A stretch of DNA of 64,000 nt. Source: Acutalibacteraceae bacterium (lineage in GTDB: Bacteria; Bacillota; Clostridia; Oscillospirales; Acutalibacteraceae). The first letter of the stretch is position 1. Every line of letters starts with the position of its first letter. The notes beneath the pieces are model-generated. The model saw nothing but the letters and a program-made list of their open reading frames with translations. It was not told the origin of the DNA and searched no databases. Position numbers and translations under genes: made by a program. Positions 9,375-19,531 of the stretch are shown here, piece by piece. The stretch covers positions 68,589 through 132,588 of the forward strand of contig JAZQFG010000050.1 in assembly GCA_045539375.1 (NCBI GenBank), in the 5' to 3' direction.

Positions 9375-10207
9375 CCCGCCGCGATTGGCTTGCCTCGGCC
9401 ACCGCCCGTCTGCTGGCGGCGGGGTGCGAGGATGCCGCCTTTGACGCCCGCTGTCTGTTAGAGGATATGGGCGGCCTGCCCCGGGGGCAGATGGCGGGGG
9501 ATACGCCGCTGACGGCGGCGCAGGAGACCGCCCTTACCGCCGCGTTGGAACAGCGGCTGGCGGGACGCCCCCTACAGTACGTGTTGGGACAGTGGGAGTT
9601 TCTGACCCTTACCCTCAAGGTGGGGGAGGGGGTGCTGATCCCCCGCCCGGACACGGAATTGCTGTGCGAGGCGGCGGCAGAGCGCCTGCAGGGAAAACCT
9701 GCCCCCCGTGTGCTGGATCTGTGCGCCGGCAGTGGTTGCGTGGGTCTGGGGGTTGCCTCACTGGTACCCACAGCGGCGGTGACCGCCGTGGAGCTATCGC
9801 AGGAGGCACTGCCCTATCTGCGGGAGAATCTGCACCGCTATCCTGCCTATGATGTGACGGTGCGGCAGGCGGATGTGCTGACCGACTATGCCGCCTTTGA
9901 GGGGGGCTATGATGCTATCCTCTCCAATCCGCCCTATATCCCCACGGGGGATCTGGCTACCCTCCAGCGGGAGGTGCAGCGGGAGCCCCGTATGGCGCTG
10001 GATGGCAGTGCCGACGGCCTGCTGTTCTACCGCGCAATTGCCGAACATTGGTGCGGAAAATTGGCTCCCGACGGCTTCTGTGCCGTGGAGGTCGGAGTGG
10101 ATCAGGCGGAGGACGTAGCGGCGTTGTTTGCCGCCGCAGGCCTTGAAAATACGGCGATCCTGCCGGATCTGGCGGGCATCCCCCGTGTGGTCATAGCGCG
10201 AAAATAA
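9368..10207 (+). CDS. prmC: Peptide chain release factor N5-glutamine methyltransferase
   Basis: SAM motif VLDLCAGSGCVG and catalytic NPPYIP. GTG at 9368 overlaps the DUF1385 stop. The track start at 9314 would overlap by 60 nt. Confidence 0.85.
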   Translation: MVTRRDWLASATARLLAAGCEDAAFDARCLLEDMGGLPRGQMAGDTPLTAAQETALTAALEQRLAGRPLQYVLGQWEFLTLTLKVGEGVLIPRPDTELLCEAAAERLQGKPAPRVLDLCAGSGCVGLGVASLVPTAAVTAVELSQEALPYLRENLHRYPAYDVTVRQADVLTDYAAFEGGYDAILSNPPYIPTGDLATLQREVQREPRMALDGSADGLLFYRAIAEHWCGKLAPDGFCAVEVGVDQAEDVAALFAAAGLENTAILPDLAGIPRVVIARK

Positions 10208-10213
10208 ATTTTA

Positions 10214-10227
10214 CAAACAAATGTTCG
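10214..10227. promoter_or_regulatory. Candidate LexA (Cheo/SOS) box upstream of recA
   Basis: The complement reads CGAACATTTGTTTG against the Firmicute consensus CGAACnnnnGTTCG (12/14 match). It lies immediately upstream of the predicted recA -35. Confidence 0.45.
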
Positions 10228-10235
10228 GAAACTAC

Positions 10236-10264
10236 TTGCATTTTCTGTAAACCTGTGTTATGAT
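10236..10264 (+). promoter_or_regulatory. Candidate sigma-A promoter of recA
   Basis: TTGCAT, 17-nt spacer, then TGtTATGAT (extended -10), about 60 nt before the recA ATG. Confidence 0.45.
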
Positions 10265-10324
10265 GGGGTCAATGGGTCGCGCCGTGTGCCGACCGACACT
10301 GCTGATAGAGAAGGAAGGATAACA

Positions 10325-11479
10325 ATGGCAGCAAAGACGAAGAAAACCACCGATATCCCTGCCGCCGCCGATCGTACCGAGCGGCAAAAGGCGCTGGATA
10401 TGGCGCTGGCTCAGATTGAAAAGCAGTATGGCAAGGGCTCGGTGATGCGCCTGGGCGAGAATATTAAGATGAACGTGGATTCCATCCCCACCGGCTCTAT
10501 GGCGCTGGATGCCGCCTTGGGCATCGGCGGCCTGCCCCGTGGCCGTATTGTAGAGATCTACGGCCCCGAGGCATCGGGTAAGACCACGCTGGCGCTTCAC
10601 GCCGTGGCCGAGTGCCAGAAAAAGGGCGGCGAGGCGGCCTTCATTGACGTAGAGCACGCACTGGATCCCGTGTATGCCCGCGCGCTGGGCGTGGACGTGG
10701 ATTCTCTGCTGGTGTCCCAGCCGGATACCGGCGAGCAGGCGCTGGAGATTATGGAGGCGCTGATTCGTTCCGGCGCCGTGGATATCGTGGTGCTGGACTC
10801 GGTGGCGGCGCTGGTGCCCCGTGCCGAGATCGAGGGGGAGATGGGCGATGCCCACGTGGGTCTGCAGGCCCGCCTGATGTCCCAGGCGATGCGTAAGCTG
10901 GCTCCCGCGGTGTCTAAGTCCAACTGCATTGCCCTGTTCATCAACCAACTGCGTCTGAAGGTGGGCATCGTCTATGGTAACCCCGAGGTGACCAGCGGCG
11001 GTAACGCCTTGAAATATTACGCCTCTGTCCGTCTGGATGTCCGCCGCACCGAGACGCTGAAAAACGGCGCCGATGCCGTGGGTGCCCACACCCGTGTCAA
11101 GGTGGTGAAGAACAAGCTGGCGCCCCCCTTCAAGCAGGCAGAGTTTGATATTCTGTACGGTGTCGGCATCTCCAAGGAGAGCGAATTGTTGGATCTGGCT
11201 GTCAAGCTGGACGTGATCGAGAAATCCGGCTCTTGGTTCGGGTATAAGGGCGAGCGTCTGGCCCAGGGCCGTGATAACGTGCGGGAGTATCTGCGGGAGC
11301 ATCCCGAATTGTCGGATGAGATCGAGGCCATCGTGCGTGAGAATATGCACAAGCTGGTGCCCGGCACCCGCCCCTCTGTGGCGGCGGCACCCGCCCCGGT
11401 GGAGATCCCCTTGGCGGCGGCGCCCCAGGTGACCTCTGCGGCGGCTAAGGCGCAGATCGACATCGTGGTAGACGACTGA
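10325..11479 (+). CDS. recA: Recombinase RecA
   Basis: Walker [10 protein letters not shown], and the unmistakable [21 protein letters not shown] and FINQLR blocks. The ATG at 10325 follows AAGGAAGGA. Confidence 0.97.
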   Translation: MAAKTKKTTDIPAAADRTERQKALDMALAQIEKQYGKGSVMRLGENIKMNVDSIPTGSMALDAALGIGGLPRGRIVEIYGPEASGKTTLALHAVAECQKKGGEAAFIDVEHALDPVYARALGVDVDSLLVSQPDTGEQALEIMEALIRSGAVDIVVLDSVAALVPRAEIEGEMGDAHVGLQARLMSQAMRKLAPAVSKSNCIALFINQLRLKVGIVYGNPEVTSGGNALKYYASVRLDVRRTETLKNGADAVGAHTRVKVVKNKLAPPFKQAEFDILYGVGISKESELLDLAVKLDVIEKSGSWFGYKGERLAQGRDNVREYLREHPELSDEIEAIVRENMHKLVPGTRPSVAAAPAPVEIPLAAAPQVTSAAAKAQIDIVVDD

Positions 11480-11493
11480 TTTTGAACGAATTA

Positions 11494-11530
11494 GGCAGGA
11501 GAGATTTCCTCTCCTGCCTGTTTGTGTTTT
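11494..11530 (+). terminator. Stem-loop plus T-rich tract between recA and recX (partial terminator/attenuator)
   Basis: GGCAGGAGAG-ATTTC-CTCTCCTGCC followed by TGTTTGTGTTTT. Confidence 0.6.
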
Positions 11531-11542
11531 GTAGGTGTGTGT

Positions 11543-12172
11543 ATGAAGATTACAGAAGTGGCTGTCCGTCGCCGCCGTCTGTACCTGCTGCGGTTGGATA
11601 CCGGGGCGGAGCTGACGGTGGATCGGCAGACCTTTGACGAGTCCCCGTATCGGGTGGATAGCGAGATAACCGAGGAGCAGCTGGAGACTTTGCTGGCACG
11701 GTCTCAGTATCACCGTGCCCGTGAGCGGGCGCTGTATCTTTTGGGTCTGCGGGATTATGCCTGCCGTGAGCTGGAGCAAAAACTGCTCACCGAGGCCACT
11801 CCGGAGATTGCCGCCGCGGTGGTGGCCCGCCTGCAGGAGGTGGGTCTGCTGGACGACGAGCAGTATGCCGCCCGTCTGGCGCGCCATCTGTCCGAGTATA
11901 AGCAGTATCCCCGCCGTCGGGTGGAGCAGGAGCTTTGCCGCCGCGGGGTGGATCCACTGACCGCCCGCACGGCGGCAGAAGCGCTGGACAGCGAGGATTT
12001 TCAACAGGCACTTGCACTTTTGGAGAAAAAATATTATAATAAACTGAAAACTCCCGATGAGCGCCAGCGGGTTACCGCCGCGCTGGCCCGCCGTGGGTTT
12101 ACCTATACAGCGATCCGCCGCGCGATGGATGCCTTCGGCGCGGATATGGAGGAAGAGGACCAATGGCAATAA
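11543..12172 (+). CDS. recX: Recombination regulator RecX
   Basis: About 210 aa, helical-repeat protein immediately after recA. RARERALYLLGLRDYACRELEQKL is RecX-like. Confidence 0.85.
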   Translation: MKITEVAVRRRRLYLLRLDTGAELTVDRQTFDESPYRVDSEITEEQLETLLARSQYHRARERALYLLGLRDYACRELEQKLLTEATPEIAAAVVARLQEVGLLDDEQYAARLARHLSEYKQYPRRRVEQELCRRGVDPLTARTAAEALDSEDFQQALALLEKKYYNKLKTPDERQRVTAALARRGFTYTAIRRAMDAFGADMEEEDQWQ

Positions 12173-13491
12173 AAGTAGGAATGGTGTCCCTTGGATGCCC
12201 GAAAAATCAGATGGATGCCGAATTGATGCTGGACAAATTAGAGGCCGCCGGATTTGAGATCACCGCCGAGAGCGGTCTGGCGCAGGTGGTGATCGTCAAT
12301 ACCTGCGGATTCATTGCGGATGCCAAGCAGGAGTCTATTGAGAATATTCTGGAATTTGCTCAGTTGAAGAAGGAAAAGCAGATTCAGAAGATCATTGTCA
12401 CCGGCTGCTTGGCGCAGCGGTATCAGCAGGAGCTGGCGGATGAGATCCCGGAGTGTGACGGCGTCATCGGTCTAGGTGCCAATGACGATATCGTCCAGGT
12501 GGTTCAGCGCGTGATGGAGGGGGAGACGGTGCGTTCCTTCCCCTCCCGTGACAGCTGGTGTCTGGACGGCGACCGCCTGCAGACCACCCCCCACTTTTTT
12601 GCCTATCTGCGCATTGCCGACGGCTGTAATAACCGTTGCACCTATTGTGCGATCCCCGGCATTCGGGGTAATCTGCGCAGCCGCCGTATGGAGGATATCG
12701 TCGCCGAGGCGGAAAAGCTGGTGGCGGACGGTGTGCGGGAATTGGTGCTGGTGGCGCAGGATACCACCGTTTACGGACAGGATCTTTACGGCGAAAGCTG
12801 CCTGCCCCAGCTGCTGACCGCCCTGTGTCAGATTGAGGATCTGCGCTGGATCCGCCTGCTGTATTGCTATCCGGAGCACATCACCGACGATCTGCTCACC
12901 GTGATGGCGCAGGAGGACAAGGTGCTGCCCTATATGGACATTCCCCTCCAGCACGCCAGCGGTGCGGTGCTTAAGCGGATGAACCGCCCCGGCAATCGGG
13001 AGAGTCTGCTGGAGCTGATCGGCCGCATCCGTCAGCGGGTGCCGGAGATCACCCTACGCACCACCGTGATGGTGGGCTTCCCCGGCGAGACCGAGGCGGA
13101 TTTTGAGGAATTGTGCTCCTTTATTCAGGAGGCCAAGTTCCAGCGCCTGGGCTGCTTCGCCTTCTCACCGGAGGAGGATACCCCCGCCTACAACCTGCCG
13201 GATCAGCTGGAGGATGCCGTGAAGTATCGCCGCCGTGATATCGTGATGGAGGAGCAGAGCCGCATCTCCGATGCGTATAATGAGCAGATGATCGGCAGGA
13301 CCGTGACCGTGCTGGTGGAGAGTTTTGACAAGTATGCCGAGTGCTGGTTTGGTCGCACACCGGGGGATGCCCCCGACATCGACGGCAAGGTGTTCTTTGC
13401 CGCCACCCGCCCCATACAGCCCGGCGATTTCGTACAGGTGACCGTTACCGATACCATGGACTGGGATTTGATAGGAGAGATGAGCGAATGA
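12163..13491 (+). CDS. rimO: Ribosomal protein S12 methylthiotransferase (radical SAM, MiaB family with TRAM)
   Basis: N-terminal SLGCPKN, radical-SAM CNNRCTYCAIP, and a C-terminal TRAM-like segment. Confidence 0.85.
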   Translation: MAIKVGMVSLGCPKNQMDAELMLDKLEAAGFEITAESGLAQVVIVNTCGFIADAKQESIENILEFAQLKKEKQIQKIIVTGCLAQRYQQELADEIPECDGVIGLGANDDIVQVVQRVMEGETVRSFPSRDSWCLDGDRLQTTPHFFAYLRIADGCNNRCTYCAIPGIRGNLRSRRMEDIVAEAEKLVADGVRELVLVAQDTTVYGQDLYGESCLPQLLTALCQIEDLRWIRLLYCYPEHITDDLLTVMAQEDKVLPYMDIPLQHASGAVLKRMNRPGNRESLLELIGRIRQRVPEITLRTTVMVGFPGETEADFEELCSFIQEAKFQRLGCFAFSPEEDTPAYNLPDQLEDAVKYRRRDIVMEEQSRISDAYNEQMIGRTVTVLVESFDKYAECWFGRTPGDAPDIDGKVFFAATRPIQPGDFVQVTVTDTMDWDLIGEMSE

Positions 13492-14066
13492 ATTTACCGA
13501 ATAAACTGACCCTGATCCGTTGCATACTGACCCCCGTTTTTATGGCGCTGATGCTGATGCACTTCCCCTTCCATTACGGCGCCGCTCTGTTGGTGTTTAT
13601 TATTGCCTCCCTCACCGATATGTGGGATGGTCAGATTGCCCGTAAGCGGGGTCTGATCACCAATCTGGGCAAGTTTCTGGATCCTCTGGCGGATAAGGCG
13701 CTGACCACCGCCGCCTTCATCGGTTTTTTGGCGGTGGTGCCCAGCCGCAGTATGCCTTGGGCGCTGATGCTGATTATGACCCGTGAGTTTATGGTCACCT
13801 CGGTGCGTCTGCTGGCGGCCAAGGATGGCGTGGTGGTTGCCGCCTCCTTTGCGGGCAAGCTAAAGACGGTGATGCAGATGGTGTCCATCATCTATATGCT
13901 CGCCCTGCTGCAGGCCATGCAGTTCCCCGTTCTGACCGCCATCCCCGGCTTTGTGAAGTGGGGCGGCCGTCTGGGTATGGTGTTGATTTGGGTATCGGTG
14001 ATCGCTACGGTGGTGTCCGGCATCCAGTACGTATGGGAATTGCGCCGTTATTTCAAGGAATCCTAA
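13488..14066 (+). CDS. pgsA: CDP-diacylglycerol-glycerol-3-phosphate 3-phosphatidyltransferase
   Basis: MNLPNKLTLIRC... and the DMWDGQIARKRGLITNLGKFLDPLADK CDP-alcohol phosphatidyltransferase motif. ATGA overlap with rimO. The track start at 13341 lies inside rimO. Confidence 0.85.
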   Translation: MNLPNKLTLIRCILTPVFMALMLMHFPFHYGAALLVFIIASLTDMWDGQIARKRGLITNLGKFLDPLADKALTTAAFIGFLAVVPSRSMPWALMLIMTREFMVTSVRLLAAKDGVVVAASFAGKLKTVMQMVSIIYMLALLQAMQFPVLTAIPGFVKWGGRLGMVLIWVSVIATVVSGIQYVWELRRYFKES

Positions 14067-14074
14067 AAAAACAG

Positions 14075-14102
14075 TAGACAAATCGGAAATTCTGTATATA
14101 AT
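14075..14102 (+). promoter_or_regulatory. Candidate promoter of the cysE-cysS leader
   Basis: TAGACA, 16-nt spacer, then TATAAT. Confidence 0.4.
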
Positions 14103-14104
14103 GT

Positions 14105-14376
14105 TAGTATACATAACGGAAAAGCAATGGATGGGAGAAGTACCCGAACACGGCGCAGCAGAGAGGGACCGCCTTGGCTGAAAGCGATCTCGGCGCACGA
14201 CCCGGTGAAATGCACCCATCCGCTCTGTCGGGGAACGGCTATGCTCAGTATCCGGCGGCGGGTGTCCCCGTTATCGGACCGGGCTCTGTTAGGGGCCTAT
14301 GAGTGAATGACGGAGTGGAACCGTGGGTAGATGCTCACCTCCGTTGCCCTTGCGTGGGGCAACGGAGGTGTTTTTT
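14105..14376 (+). promoter_or_regulatory. T-box leader (tRNA-Cys specific) with intrinsic terminator
   Basis: AGAGAG and GCTGAAAGC stem-I elements. Specifier-loop context GAAA-TGC-A (UGC = Cys at 14211-14213). T-box GGAGTGGAACCGTGGG with the UGGA bulge. Terminator CACCTCCGTTGCC...GGCAACGGAGGTG plus TTTTTT (14336-14376). Downstream genes are cysE and cysS. Confidence 0.8.
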
Positions 14377-14426
14377 ATTACCGTGCTGCCCACCCCGTTT
14401 CGTCGGCCACCTGTACGAAAGGAGAG

Positions 14427-15065
14427 ATGGTCTTGCTGAGCAAAATGAGAGAAGACATCGCCACCATTCGGGAACGGGATCCTGCTTCCCGCTCGAATTT
14501 CGAGGCGTGGGCGCTGTACAACGGCTATAAGGCGTTGCGTGCCCATCGGCGTGCCAACTGGCTGCATCGCCACGGGCTGTTTTTCTTGGCCCGCTGGGTG
14601 TCCCAGCGCTGTGTGCGCCGCACCGGCATTGAGATTCACCCCGCCGCCACCATCGGCCGCCGCTTTTTCATCGACCACGGCACCGGCGTGGTGATTGGTG
14701 AAACCACCGAGATCGGTGACGATTGCACCATCTATCAGGGTGTCACCCTCGGCGGTACGGGTAAGGATACCGGCAAGCGGCATCCCACGCTGGGCAATAA
14801 CGTGATGGTGGGCAGCGGTGCCAAGGTGCTGGGCCCCATCACCATTGGAAATAACGTTCGCATTGCCGCCGGCGCGGTGGTGCTGACCGATATCCCCGAC
14901 AACTGCACCGCCGTGGGCATCCCCGCCCGTGTGGTGCGGCGGGATGGGGAAAAGGTGCAGGATCTGGATCAGATCCACATCCCCGATCCGGTGGCGCAGG
15001 AATTGCGTCGGCTGGAGGAGCGCATCGCCGCATTGGAACAGAATGACGAAAGCATAGGAGGATAA
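14427..15065 (+). CDS. cysE: Serine O-acetyltransferase
   Basis: Hexapeptide-repeat core GIEIHPAATIGRRFFIDHGTGVVIGETTEIGDDCTIYQGVTLGG. The track start at 14331 lies inside the T-box terminator, so the start must be 14427 (or the ATG at 14445). Confidence 0.88.
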   Translation: MVLLSKMREDIATIRERDPASRSNFEAWALYNGYKALRAHRRANWLHRHGLFFLARWVSQRCVRRTGIEIHPAATIGRRFFIDHGTGVVIGETTEIGDDCTIYQGVTLGGTGKDTGKRHPTLGNNVMVGSGAKVLGPITIGNNVRIAAGAVVLTDIPDNCTAVGIPARVVRRDGEKVQDLDQIHIPDPVAQELRRLEERIAALEQNDESIGG

Positions 15066-15070
15066 GCAAT

Positions 15071-16474
15071 ATGCGTGTATTTAATACCATGACCCGGCAG
15101 AAGGAAGAACTGATCCCCATTGAGGAGGGCAAGATCCGGCTGTATGCCTGCGGCCCCACCGTGTACAATTTCATCCACATCGGCAACGCCCGCCCGCTGG
15201 TGGTGTTCGATACCCTGCGCCGCTATCTGGAGTGGCGGGGCTATGACGTGAATTTCGTCCAGAACTTCACCGACATTGACGATAAGATCATCCGCCGTGC
15301 CAACGAAGAGGGCATCACCTATCAGGAGGTGGCGGAGAAATACATTGCCGAGTTCTGGACCGATGCCAAGGGCTTGGGTGTCCGTGAGGCCACCACCCAC
15401 CCCAAGGCCACCGAGAACATCGACACCATCATCGATATCGTTTCCCGTCTGGTGGAGCGGGGCTATGCCTACCGTGCCGAGAACGGTGACGTCTATTTCC
15501 GCACCCGTCGGTTTGACGAGTACGGCAAGTTGTCCCATCAGCCCATTGACGATCTGGAGTCCGGCGCCCGCATTGCCGTGGGCGACGTGAAGGAGGATCC
15601 CCTGGACTTCGCCCTGTGGAAGGCGGCGAAGCCCGGCGAGCCCAGCTGGCCCTCCCCTTGGAGCGACGGCCGCCCCGGCTGGCACATTGAATGCTCGGCC
15701 ATGGCCCGCCGCTATTTGGGCGAGAGCATTGATATCCACGGCGGCGGACAGGATCTGATCTTCCCCCACCACGAGAATGAGATCGCCCAGAGCGAGTGCT
15801 GCAACGGCATGCCCTTTGCCCGCTACTGGATGCACAACGGCTATATCAACGTGGACAACAAGAAAATGTCCAAGTCCCTGAACAATTTCTTCACCGTCCG
15901 TGACGTGGCCAAGGCCTACGGCTATGAGGCGATCCGCTTCTTCCTGATCTCCTCCTCCTACCGTATGCCCATCAACTACAACACTGAGATCATCCAGCAG
16001 GGCATGAATGCGCTGGATCGGTTATATAATTGTAAGAACGGTATCGCCTTTGCCTTGGGCAATGCGCCCTCCGGTGCGGCGGACGCCGCCTTTGCCGCAA
16101 AGGTGGAGGCGCGCCGTAACCAGTTTATCGCCGCTATGGACGATGATCTGAACACCGCCGACGGCATCGCCGCTTTGTTCGAGCTGGTGAAGGATATCAA
16201 CGTGATGCTGGCCGATGGCACCGCCACCAAGGAGACCATCCTGTGTGGCAAGGCGCTGTTTGACGAATTGACCGACGTGCTGGGCTTCTGCTATGAGCGG
16301 GGTCAGGTCGGCGACGATGAAGAGAGCCGCGAGATCGAGGAGCTTATCGCCGCCCGTACCGCCGCCCGTAAGGAGAAGAATTGGGCCGAGGCGGATCGCA
16401 TCCGTGACGAGCTGACCGCCCGTGGCATCGTGCTGGAGGATACCCCCCAGGGTGTCAAATGGCACAAGGCGTAA
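15071..16474 (+). CDS. cysS: Cysteinyl-tRNA synthetase
   Basis: HIGNARP (HIGH) and KMSKS motifs, 467 aa. Confidence 0.97.
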   Translation: MRVFNTMTRQKEELIPIEEGKIRLYACGPTVYNFIHIGNARPLVVFDTLRRYLEWRGYDVNFVQNFTDIDDKIIRRANEEGITYQEVAEKYIAEFWTDAKGLGVREATTHPKATENIDTIIDIVSRLVERGYAYRAENGDVYFRTRRFDEYGKLSHQPIDDLESGARIAVGDVKEDPLDFALWKAAKPGEPSWPSPWSDGRPGWHIECSAMARRYLGESIDIHGGGQDLIFPHHENEIAQSECCNGMPFARYWMHNGYINVDNKKMSKSLNNFFTVRDVAKAYGYEAIRFFLISSSYRMPINYNTEIIQQGMNALDRLYNCKNGIAFALGNAPSGAADAAFAAKVEARRNQFIAAMDDDLNTADGIAALFELVKDINVMLADGTATKETILCGKALFDELTDVLGFCYERGQVGDDEESREIEELIAARTAARKEKNWAEADRIRDELTARGIVLEDTPQGVKWHKA

Positions 16475-16484
16475 GGTGAGTATT

Positions 16485-17657
16485 ATGACCGAAAACGAAA
16501 AGGCACTGCAACAGCATTTTGACTGGGCGGGCAAGCTGGAGATCACCTCCCGGGCACCGGTGCGGGATGCCGCCGATCTGGCGGTAGCCTACACCCCGGG
16601 TGTGGCACAGCCCTGCCTTGCTATTCGGGATAATCCCGAGCTGTCCTTCTCTCTGACCCGCCGTTGGAATACGGTGGCGGTGGTCACCGACGGTACCGCC
16701 GTGCTGGGTCTGGGGGATATCGGCCCCGAGGCGGGTATGCCGGTGATGGAGGGCAAGTGCGTGCTGTTCAAGGAGTTTGCCGGAGTGGATGCGTTCCCTC
16801 TGTGCATTAAATCCAAGGACGTGGACGAGATCGTCCGTACCGTCTATTTGTTGTCCGGTTCCTTTGGCGGTATCAATTTGGAGGATGTTGCCGCCCCCCG
16901 CTGCTTTGAGATTGAGCGGCGGCTGAAAGAATTGTGTGAGATTCCCGTATTTCACGATGACCAGCACGGCACCGCCATTGTGGTGGGTGCCGCCCTGCTC
17001 AATGCCCTGCGGGTGGTGGGCAAGGATCTCGCCGCCGTGCGGGTGGTGATCAACGGTGCCGGCTCGGCGGGCATCGCCATCGCCGAGCATCTGTTGCGGT
17101 TGGGTGTCACCGATCTGACCCTGTGCGATATCGGCGGCATTCTTACCCGCACCGCCACCTACGATAATCCCGCCCATAATGCCATTGCCGCCCGCACCAA
17201 TGCGGCCTGCCGCACCGGCACGCTGGCGGATGCCATGGTGGGTGCAGACGTGTTTATCGGCGTATCCGCCCCTAACGTCGTGACCCCCGCTATGGTGGGA
17301 CGGATGGCTCCTGATGCCATCGTGTTTCCCATGGCTAACCCCGTGCCGGAGATCACCCCCGATGCCGCCAAAGAGGGCGGTGCCGCCGTGGTGGGCACCG
17401 GTCGGTCGGATTATCCCAACCAGATCAATAACGTGCTGGCGTTCCCCGGTATTTTCCGTGGAGCGCTGGATGTCCGCGCCGGCGATATCAATGATGAGAT
17501 GAAGCTGGCCGCCAGTTTGGCCATTGCCGGTCTGGTAGTGGCCGAGGAGCTGTCTGCCGACTATATCCTGCCCCGTGCCTTTGACCCCCGTGTGGGTCCT
17601 GCGGTGGCGGCGGCGGTGGCGCAGGCGGCGCGGGAGAGCGGCGTGGCACGCAAGTGA
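16485..17657 (+). CDS. NAD(P)-dependent malic enzyme (short form)
   Basis: [33 protein letters not shown] and [10 protein letters not shown] blocks. The ATG at 16485 lies after cysS. The track start at 16422 overlaps cysS. Confidence 0.9.
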   Translation: MTENEKALQQHFDWAGKLEITSRAPVRDAADLAVAYTPGVAQPCLAIRDNPELSFSLTRRWNTVAVVTDGTAVLGLGDIGPEAGMPVMEGKCVLFKEFAGVDAFPLCIKSKDVDEIVRTVYLLSGSFGGINLEDVAAPRCFEIERRLKELCEIPVFHDDQHGTAIVVGAALLNALRVVGKDLAAVRVVINGAGSAGIAIAEHLLRLGVTDLTLCDIGGILTRTATYDNPAHNAIAARTNAACRTGTLADAMVGADVFIGVSAPNVVTPAMVGRMAPDAIVFPMANPVPEITPDAAKEGGAAVVGTGRSDYPNQINNVLAFPGIFRGALDVRAGDINDEMKLAASLAIAGLVVAEELSADYILPRAFDPRVGPAVAAAVAQAARESGVARK

Positions 17658-17683
17658 GGGAATGCAACTGAAGGAGAACGAGA

Positions 17684-18247
17684 ATGAACATCCTCAACGT
17701 GATTATGATCGGCATCGGTCTGGCGATGGATGCCGCCGCAGTATCCCTGTGTAAGGGGTTGGCGGTAGGACGGGCCAAGCTGCGCCACTGCCTGATCGCC
17801 GGTGCCTATTTCGGCGTGTTTCAGGGGTTGATGCCTGCCATCGGCTACGCCCTGGGGCGCACCTTTGCGGAGTTTATCAATGCCTTTGATCATTGGGTTG
17901 CCTTTGCTCTGTTGGCGCTTATCGGTGTCAATATGCTGCGGGAATCCTTTGGGGAGGAGGAGTGCCAGTCCTGCTCCTTTGCCCCGATGGTGATGCTGCC
18001 TATGGCGGTGGCCACCAGCATTGATGCGCTGGCAGTGGGTGTCACCTTCTCCTTTGATATGAGCTGGCTTCAGCTGCTGGTGGCGGTGGCCATGATTGCG
18101 GTCATCACCTGCGTCATCTCTGCGGTGGCGGTGCGGCTGGGCAGTCTGCTGGGCGCCCGCTATGGCAAGCTGGCGGAGCGGGCAGGCGGCTGTGTTCTGG
18201 TTTTGATGGGCCTTAAGATTCTTTTGGAGGGCCTTGCCATTCTGTGA
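17684..18247 (+). CDS. mntP: Manganese efflux pump MntP (DUF204)
   Basis: 187 aa, 6 TM, with duplicated GLAMDAAAVS and ATSIDALAVG motifs. Confidence 0.85.
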   Translation: MNILNVIMIGIGLAMDAAAVSLCKGLAVGRAKLRHCLIAGAYFGVFQGLMPAIGYALGRTFAEFINAFDHWVAFALLALIGVNMLRESFGEEECQSCSFAPMVMLPMAVATSIDALAVGVTFSFDMSWLQLLVAVAMIAVITCVISAVAVRLGSLLGARYGKLAERAGGCVLVLMGLKILLEGLAIL

Positions 18248-18257
18248 TTATTGAAAA

Positions 18258-18296
18258 AAGCAGCCGTTCTTTTATAGGACGGCTGCTTGTTCGTTT
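18258..18296 (+). terminator. Rho-independent terminator of mntP
   Basis: AAGCAGCCGT...ACGGCTGCTT stem followed by a T-rich tail. Confidence 0.7.
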
Positions 18297-18322
18297 TACG
18301 CAATGATTCTTGCCCACGTTGC

Positions 18323-18420
18323 ATCGTGCCCGTAGGGGCGGACATCCTCGACCGCCCAAGAGCCTCCCTCCTTGAGGGAGGTGGATTTTCGCCGTAGGCG
18401 AAAAGACGGAGGGAGTTATA
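18323..18420 (+). repeat. Intergenic multi-hairpin repeat element, copy A
   Basis: About 100 bp, aligning with 21290-21383. Shared core is ATCGTGC..GTAGGGGCGG.C.TCCTCGACCGCCC...CTCCCTC.TTGAGGGAGGTGG...GACGGA.GGAGTTA. Confidence 0.75.
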
Positions 18421-18452
18421 CACACCAAAAGCCACCCATTTTCGGGTGGCTT

Positions 18453-18662
18453 TCACTTTTTTGGGGATAGCCCCAAAATATAATCGGTGGTAGTGTGGTA
18501 GAGCTTTGCTAAGCGAATGAGCACATCGGTGGGAATATCCCGCAATCCTCGCTCATAGCGGCTGTACTGGGGTTGCTTCATCTGCAGGTAGTCTGCCACC
18601 TGTTGTTGGGACAGATCGTGATCCTCTCGCAGATCCCGTAATCGGGGATAAAAATTGTCCAT
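18453..18662 (-). CDS. XRE-family HTH transcriptional regulator (69 aa)
   Basis: LSQQQVADYLQMKQPQYSRYERGLRDIPTDVLIRLAKLY is a Cro/C1 HTH. The ATG at 18662 lies behind a GGAGGT RBS. AT-richer than the flanks. Confidence 0.8.
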   Translation of the reverse strand: MDNFYPRLRDLREDHDLSQQQVADYLQMKQPQYSRYERGLRDIPTDVLIRLAKLYHTTTDYILGLSPKK

Positions 18663-18760
18663 TTCGCTACCTCCATAACCATTCGGTATTGACATCCTAT
18701 CATATCGTGTGATAAAATATGGTAAAATATAACCGTACAGTTATAAAAGGGAGGATAAAA

Positions 18761-19489
18761 ATGAAAAAAGCAGTATCACTTATTTTAGCCATCATTATGG
18801 TATTGACCCTTGCCGCGTGCGGCGAGAAAGAACCAGAGAAGAAACCGGGTGAAGTTCGGTGGCCGAATACAGAACTGGTCAACAGATTGCCGGTTCCTGA
18901 ATCCTTATCCGGCAAGGTGTTATGGGAAAGTTCGGAGGATTTTAGTGTTGAATTGATTAATATATCACAGGAACAATACGAAGAGTATGTGAATGCCTGT
19001 ATGGATAAAGGTTTTACGGTGGATTATTACAGAGACGAAGAAGATTTTTGGGCATTAGATGCTGAGGGATACGATTTGTCAGTTGATTATGATGCCGACA
19101 TGTTGGTTATGGGAATTTCTATTGATATTCCGGACGAGGAAGGCGAAGATACACAAGAAGATCCGGATACAACAACGACAACCACCACAACTACTGCGAA
19201 AACCACCACCACTGCTACCAAATCGGATAGTATTAGCTCTGATTTCAAGGCGGCAATGGATGCTTATGAAGCATTTATGAACAAGTACGTAGACTTTATG
19301 AAAAAGTATCAATCCAATCCTACCGATTTGGGCTTATTGGCAGACTATGCCACCTATATGAGCGACTACGCAAAATTCTGTGATGATTTTGCTAAGTGGG
19401 AGGACGAAGAACTGAATACGGCGGAACTGGCTTATTACGTGGACGTACAGTCCAGAGTAACGAAAAAGCTGTTAGAAGTAGCAGGTTGA
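18761..19489 (+). CDS. Lipoprotein of unknown function with poly-Thr linker
   Basis: MKKAVSLILAIIMVLTLAAC lipobox. GGGAGGA RBS. TTTTTTTTAKTTTTAT linker. Divergent from the XRE gene. Candidate TTGACA-18-TAAAAT promoter at 18689-18718. Confidence 0.75.
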   Translation: MKKAVSLILAIIMVLTLAACGEKEPEKKPGEVRWPNTELVNRLPVPESLSGKVLWESSEDFSVELINISQEQYEEYVNACMDKGFTVDYYRDEEDFWALDAEGYDLSVDYDADMLVMGISIDIPDEEGEDTQEDPDTTTTTTTTTAKTTTTATKSDSISSDFKAAMDAYEAFMNKYVDFMKKYQSNPTDLGLLADYATYMSDYAKFCDDFAKWEDEELNTAELAYYVDVQSRVTKKLLEVAG

Positions 19490-19496
19490 CGAAAAA

Positions 19497-19531
19497 AGCA
19501 CCGAACAGACCCGTTCTGTTCGGTGCTTTTT
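19497..19531 (+). terminator. Rho-independent terminator
   Basis: AGCACCGAACAG-N7-CTGTTCGGTGCT followed by TTTTT. Confidence 0.75.

Noticed and set aside
10232-12169. 645-aa minus-strand ORF
   Set aside because: Antisense to the unmistakable recA and recX genes. This is a typical stop-free antisense frame in high-GC DNA.
14331-14426. N-terminal 32 codons of the tracked cysE ORF
   Set aside because: They overlap the T-box terminator stem and T-run. Similar over-extended track starts were trimmed for pgsA, rapZ, sfsA, sdaA, the BY-kinase, the priming transferase, Wzy, LicD, the malic enzyme, recA and recX.
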